Shown here one piece after another: positions 61,156 to 64,000 of a stretch of 64,000 nucleotides of DNA. Made by a program: the position numbers and the translations under genes. The notes beneath the pieces are model-generated. The model had not been told where the DNA came from and made no database searches. It was given only the letters and a program-made list of their open reading frames with translations. Position 1 is the first letter of the stretch. Each line of letters starts with the position of its first letter. Source of the DNA: an uncultured delta proteobacterium (GTDB lineage: Bacteria; Desulfobacterota; Desulfobacteria; Desulfobacterales; QNYZ01); assembly GCA_963783425.1 (NCBI GenBank), contig CAWANO010000012.1:38251-102250 (forward strand), given 5' to 3'.

Positions 61156-61317
61156 TTAGCATTTTGCCGCTTGTTTGCGGTCAGCAGCATGGCACTGGCA
61201 TGTCCAGCCATTGAGATTCCGAAATCAGCCTTGAGCTACCGATTGCCTCCGAGTGATCAAGCCGAATCTTCGTCTCGGCCACAACAAATGAATTTCCCCG
61301 TGGCAACAACAGACGAA

Positions 61318-61347
61318 TTCCACCCTTGAGGGGGGCTAGGGGGGTGT
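61318..61347 (-). repeat. Degenerate inverted copy of the C-tract plus hairpin motif
   Basis: Minus strand ACACCCCCCTAGCCCCCCTCAAGGGTGGAA. Confidence 0.5.
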
Positions 61348-61459
61348 TTTAGTTTCCAGTTGTCAGCTTCAACCATTGTTCGATTCAACCCCACCAATCC
61401 ATCGATTCAGGCTCAACAATACGCCTTCCATATTTCTTTTCACATCGACGTCCAGAAAC

Positions 61460-61820
61460 CTTCTGCCCGAAAAGCTGTCGAGCACCATGGCCAGCACGGT
61501 CACCCCTGGCGATAGCTCCATTTGAGTGTCCACGCTGGTCTCTACGGTGTCGACCAGGCCGATTCGCTTTGCAAATTGTTTGACAACAGGTAAATGTCAT
61601 ACGTCGGTGAAGGTAAGGTCCTTAGTGCATATATTCGCAAATACGATGACATTCGGCCGCCAATCCATCCGGGCTAACGGCGTTGCGAAAAAACGCAATA
61701 TTCCCGATATTGCTTATTTTCCGCGCCTTGTCAGCCCGGCGCCTTGACGCCCTCATTACGTCATCGTTTTTACGAACAGCAGCACTTAGTGGAAACACGC
61801 TCTTTAGGGGTATGAGTCAT
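61460..61820 (-). pseudogene. IS1634-like transposase N-terminal fragment interrupted by MITE copy B
   Basis: With the element removed it reads MTHTPKERVSTKDLTFTDV*HLPVVKQFAKRIGLVDTVETSVDTQMELSPGVTVLAMVLDSFSGR; internal stop, truncated; family by recall. Confidence 0.65.
61625..61785 (-). mobile_element. 161-bp fold-back MITE-like element, copy B (inverted)
   Basis: Reverse complement of copy A with 4 differences by manual alignment; flanked by TTA/TTA. Confidence 0.9.
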
Positions 61821-61843
61821 GGGAATTCGCTATTTGGGTCTAC

Positions 61844-62179
61844 TTAACTCACGATTGTTCTGATTTTGGCCAAAGCTTCAATAACAACATCTCTTGGTGC
61901 TTTTTCGGCAAAATGGATGCCCCTCGAATTAAAATTGATCATTTTAACTTGATGGCAGAGGACAGCCCCGGAAATCTTCTTTCCTGTCAAAGCAACTTCA
62001 AAGCCATGGCCACGTACCCTGCTGGTGATCGGCGCGACCATGGCCAGCATGATTGTTTTATTGAAGGGGTATTTTGAGAGAACAATGGCCGGTCTTTTCC
62101 CCATCTGTTCAATCCTGGCGGCAGGGTTAAAATCAGTCCAAACCAGATCACCACGTCTCGGAATATATTTCCTGGCCAT
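61844..62179 (-). CDS. PemK/MazF-family toxin
   Basis: YIPRRGDLVWTDFNP...EQMGKRPAIVLS...FN, APITS; TAATG coupling with the antitoxin stop. Confidence 0.9.
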   Translation of the reverse strand: MARKYIPRRGDLVWTDFNPAARIEQMGKRPAIVLSKYPFNKTIMLAMVAPITSRVRGHGFEVALTGKKISGAVLCHQVKMINFNSRGIHFAEKAPRDVVIEALAKIRTIVS

Positions 62180-62340
62180 TACCAAGCTTCCCTGCTAACC
62201 GGCGGATCATTGAGCCAATGGCGGTCTTCCTGGCTGATTTCCATTTTATCAGAATCGCATTGGTCAAGAAGTTCATCAAGGCTATATTCAATATTTCTCT
62301 TACAAGGGGAAATAATGATTTTTCCGTCAACAGATTCAAT
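62179..62340 (-). pseudogene. MazE/AbrB-type antitoxin, 5'-truncated by IS66
   Basis: IESVDGKIIISPCKRNIEYSLDELLDQCD...WLNDPPVSREAW*; no start codon; abuts the IS end at 62341. Confidence 0.85.
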
Positions 62341-63874
62341 GTACCTATTCAGGGGGTTCGATCATCCGCGATAACCCGCTGAAATCACAGTAAATCCTGG
62401 TTGTTTTGTAACCACCTGAAATAATTGAAAAAACCGCTAGATTTTCCGTTTTAACTATGTTATGCTTCCATCATGGAAGCCAAAAGACCACTGTCGGACC
62501 TCGATTGGGCGCTCACGCCACAGGCGGTAAAGCAGTATATTGTTGAGCTGGAAAATATCGTCCGCCAGCTTGCGCAACGACATGAGGCACTGGAAAAGCG
62601 CACCGACACACTCGAGATCCGCTTGAACCAGAATTCGCAAAACTCAAGCAAACCACCTTCATCGGATGGCCCGTTTAAAAAGCCCAAGCGCAAACGCAAA
62701 AAGGGTAAACGAAAACGCGGCGGTCAAAAGGGCCATAAAGGACACCGCCAACAGATGCTCGCGCCAACCGCGGTCAAAAATCTGCTGCCTAACAGGTGTC
62801 AGTGCGGCCAGCTGTTATTGGATCGCAAAAGCATCCTGCCGTATTACACCCACCAGCATATCGAGTTGCCCGAGATAAAGATGGATGTTACGCATTATAT
62901 TTTACACAAGGGCAGCTGCAACAGTTGCGGTAGAACTAAGGCTCGGTGCGAGGCAATTTTGCGGTGGCTACGGTCCGCGGCTATCGGCGGTAATCGCGAG
63001 CTGTCAGGCTCCACGGCGCAGCGATTGACGGTTCAGGATTTTTGCAATCGGTGTTGGGTGTGCCCATCTCACAGGTGGTATTCAGCGCATCATTGACGGG
63101 TGTCGGGAGCATTGAGCGATCATACGAAATTGGTAAAAGAGAAAAGGGCGGTAAATGGGGTGGATGAAATTGGGTGAGCGGGTAAGCTTAAGTGGTTATG
63201 GACGATGGTAAATGAAGCGGTGTCGTTTTTCATGATCCATAAAAACCGCTCGAAACAGGCCTTTGAGGAGCTGATTGCCGACTGGAAGGGCATTCTCATC
63301 AGCGACAACTACGGCGTATATGTCAATTGGGTCGATAAACGCCAAACCTGTCTTGCCCATCTCATCCGAAGGGCAAAGGCTCTGGCGGAAAGAAGTGATG
63401 AGTCCATTGGGCGTTTTGGGCAATCCATTCTAAAGGAGCTGCAACTGCTGTGTCATTGGGCCAGAAAGCCACCAACCCAACAAGAATGGACCGACTTTTA
63501 TTCTCGGCTCCTTGTGTTGCTGATGCTCTACGAAAATGCCGATAATGATGCCGGCCGCATGGCACGCTCGATTGCCAAGCAGATGGAGTCGCTGTGGCTG
63601 TTTGTCGATCAGCAGGGTGTGGAACCAACAAACAACCGCTCCGAACGAGCATTGCGCTTTGCCGTTCTGTGGCGCAAACGCAGCAATGGAACCCGCAGTG
63701 ACAAGGGAGATCGTTGGGTGGAGCGAATCCTTTCCTTAAAACAGACCTGTCGCATGAGATCGCTGCCGGTCTTTCCGATCCTGGTAAGTGCCATTGATGC
63801 TTTTTTCAAAGAACAAGAACCTGATATGACTTGGATCACGGCTAATCGTTAACGGGATACCCCTGAATACTTAC
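62341..63874 (+). mobile_element. IS66-family insertion sequence (single-ORF type, 1534 bp)
   Basis: Terminal IRs GTACCTATTCAGGGG / CCCCTGAATACTTAC (13/15 match); no matching flanking duplication. Confidence 0.88.
62473..63852 (+). pseudogene. IS66 transposase with frameshifts at ~62930-63200
   Basis: NSQNSSKPPSSD, GGQKGHKG, Zn-finger cysteines, ISDNY, QTCLAHLIR, EPTNNRSERALR, split across frames. Confidence 0.88.
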
Positions 63875-64000
63875 AGTAATGACAAGTTCTGGGGGGTGAC
63901 GATAAGGCCATTAAGAGGAATCGTTATATAGTTTGGCTTGCGCAGTAGCTGGATCTGATAAAAAAAGCGTATGGAAAAAATCGATAGGATGGTTTCCCTG

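Noticed and set aside
60914-61785. Fold-back elements as integron attC sites or CRISPR repeats
   Set aside because: Ends are not RYYYAAC...GTTRRRY, copies are inverted with TTA duplications, and there is no repeat-spacer periodicity, intI or cas gene in the window.

Overview
A GC-rich chromosomal window, most likely from a Desulfobacterota (Desulfobacterales-like) anaerobe; the taxon is inferred from gene content. In order it carries: a GDSL esterase, an AF1514-like protein and a membrane-anchored protein; a minus-strand Wood-Ljungdahl acetyl-CoA synthase block (RACo-acsD-acsB-acsC-acsE) with no CODH or Ni-insertase gene; a TRAP transporter; an atypical cytochrome c-rnfCDGEAB operon (RnfB fused to a GltD/NfnB-like flavoprotein, RnfC and RnfD lacking canonical flavin motifs); a radical SAM gene; the dcw cluster mraZ to ftsZ; an ino1-like/TIM-barrel/ubiE-like trio; fadL, an alcohol dehydrogenase, dadA-like, mutT, nifU-nifS, a Memo-family gene, glnS, SIMPL, BON-MscS and DUF2254. 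The last ~5 kb is lower-GC accessory DNA. It holds 2.5 copies of a 161-bp fold-back MITE-like element flanked by TTA duplications, an uncharacterised two-gene module, toxin-antitoxin remnants, an IS1634-like fragment, and an IS66-family element that truncates a mazE-type antitoxin. Several genes, including essential murG, mraY and murF, carry 1-2 nt frameshifts that are most likely sequencing or assembly indels. No rRNA, tRNA or CRISPR array was seen. All family assignments come from motif recognition by eye; no database search was run.
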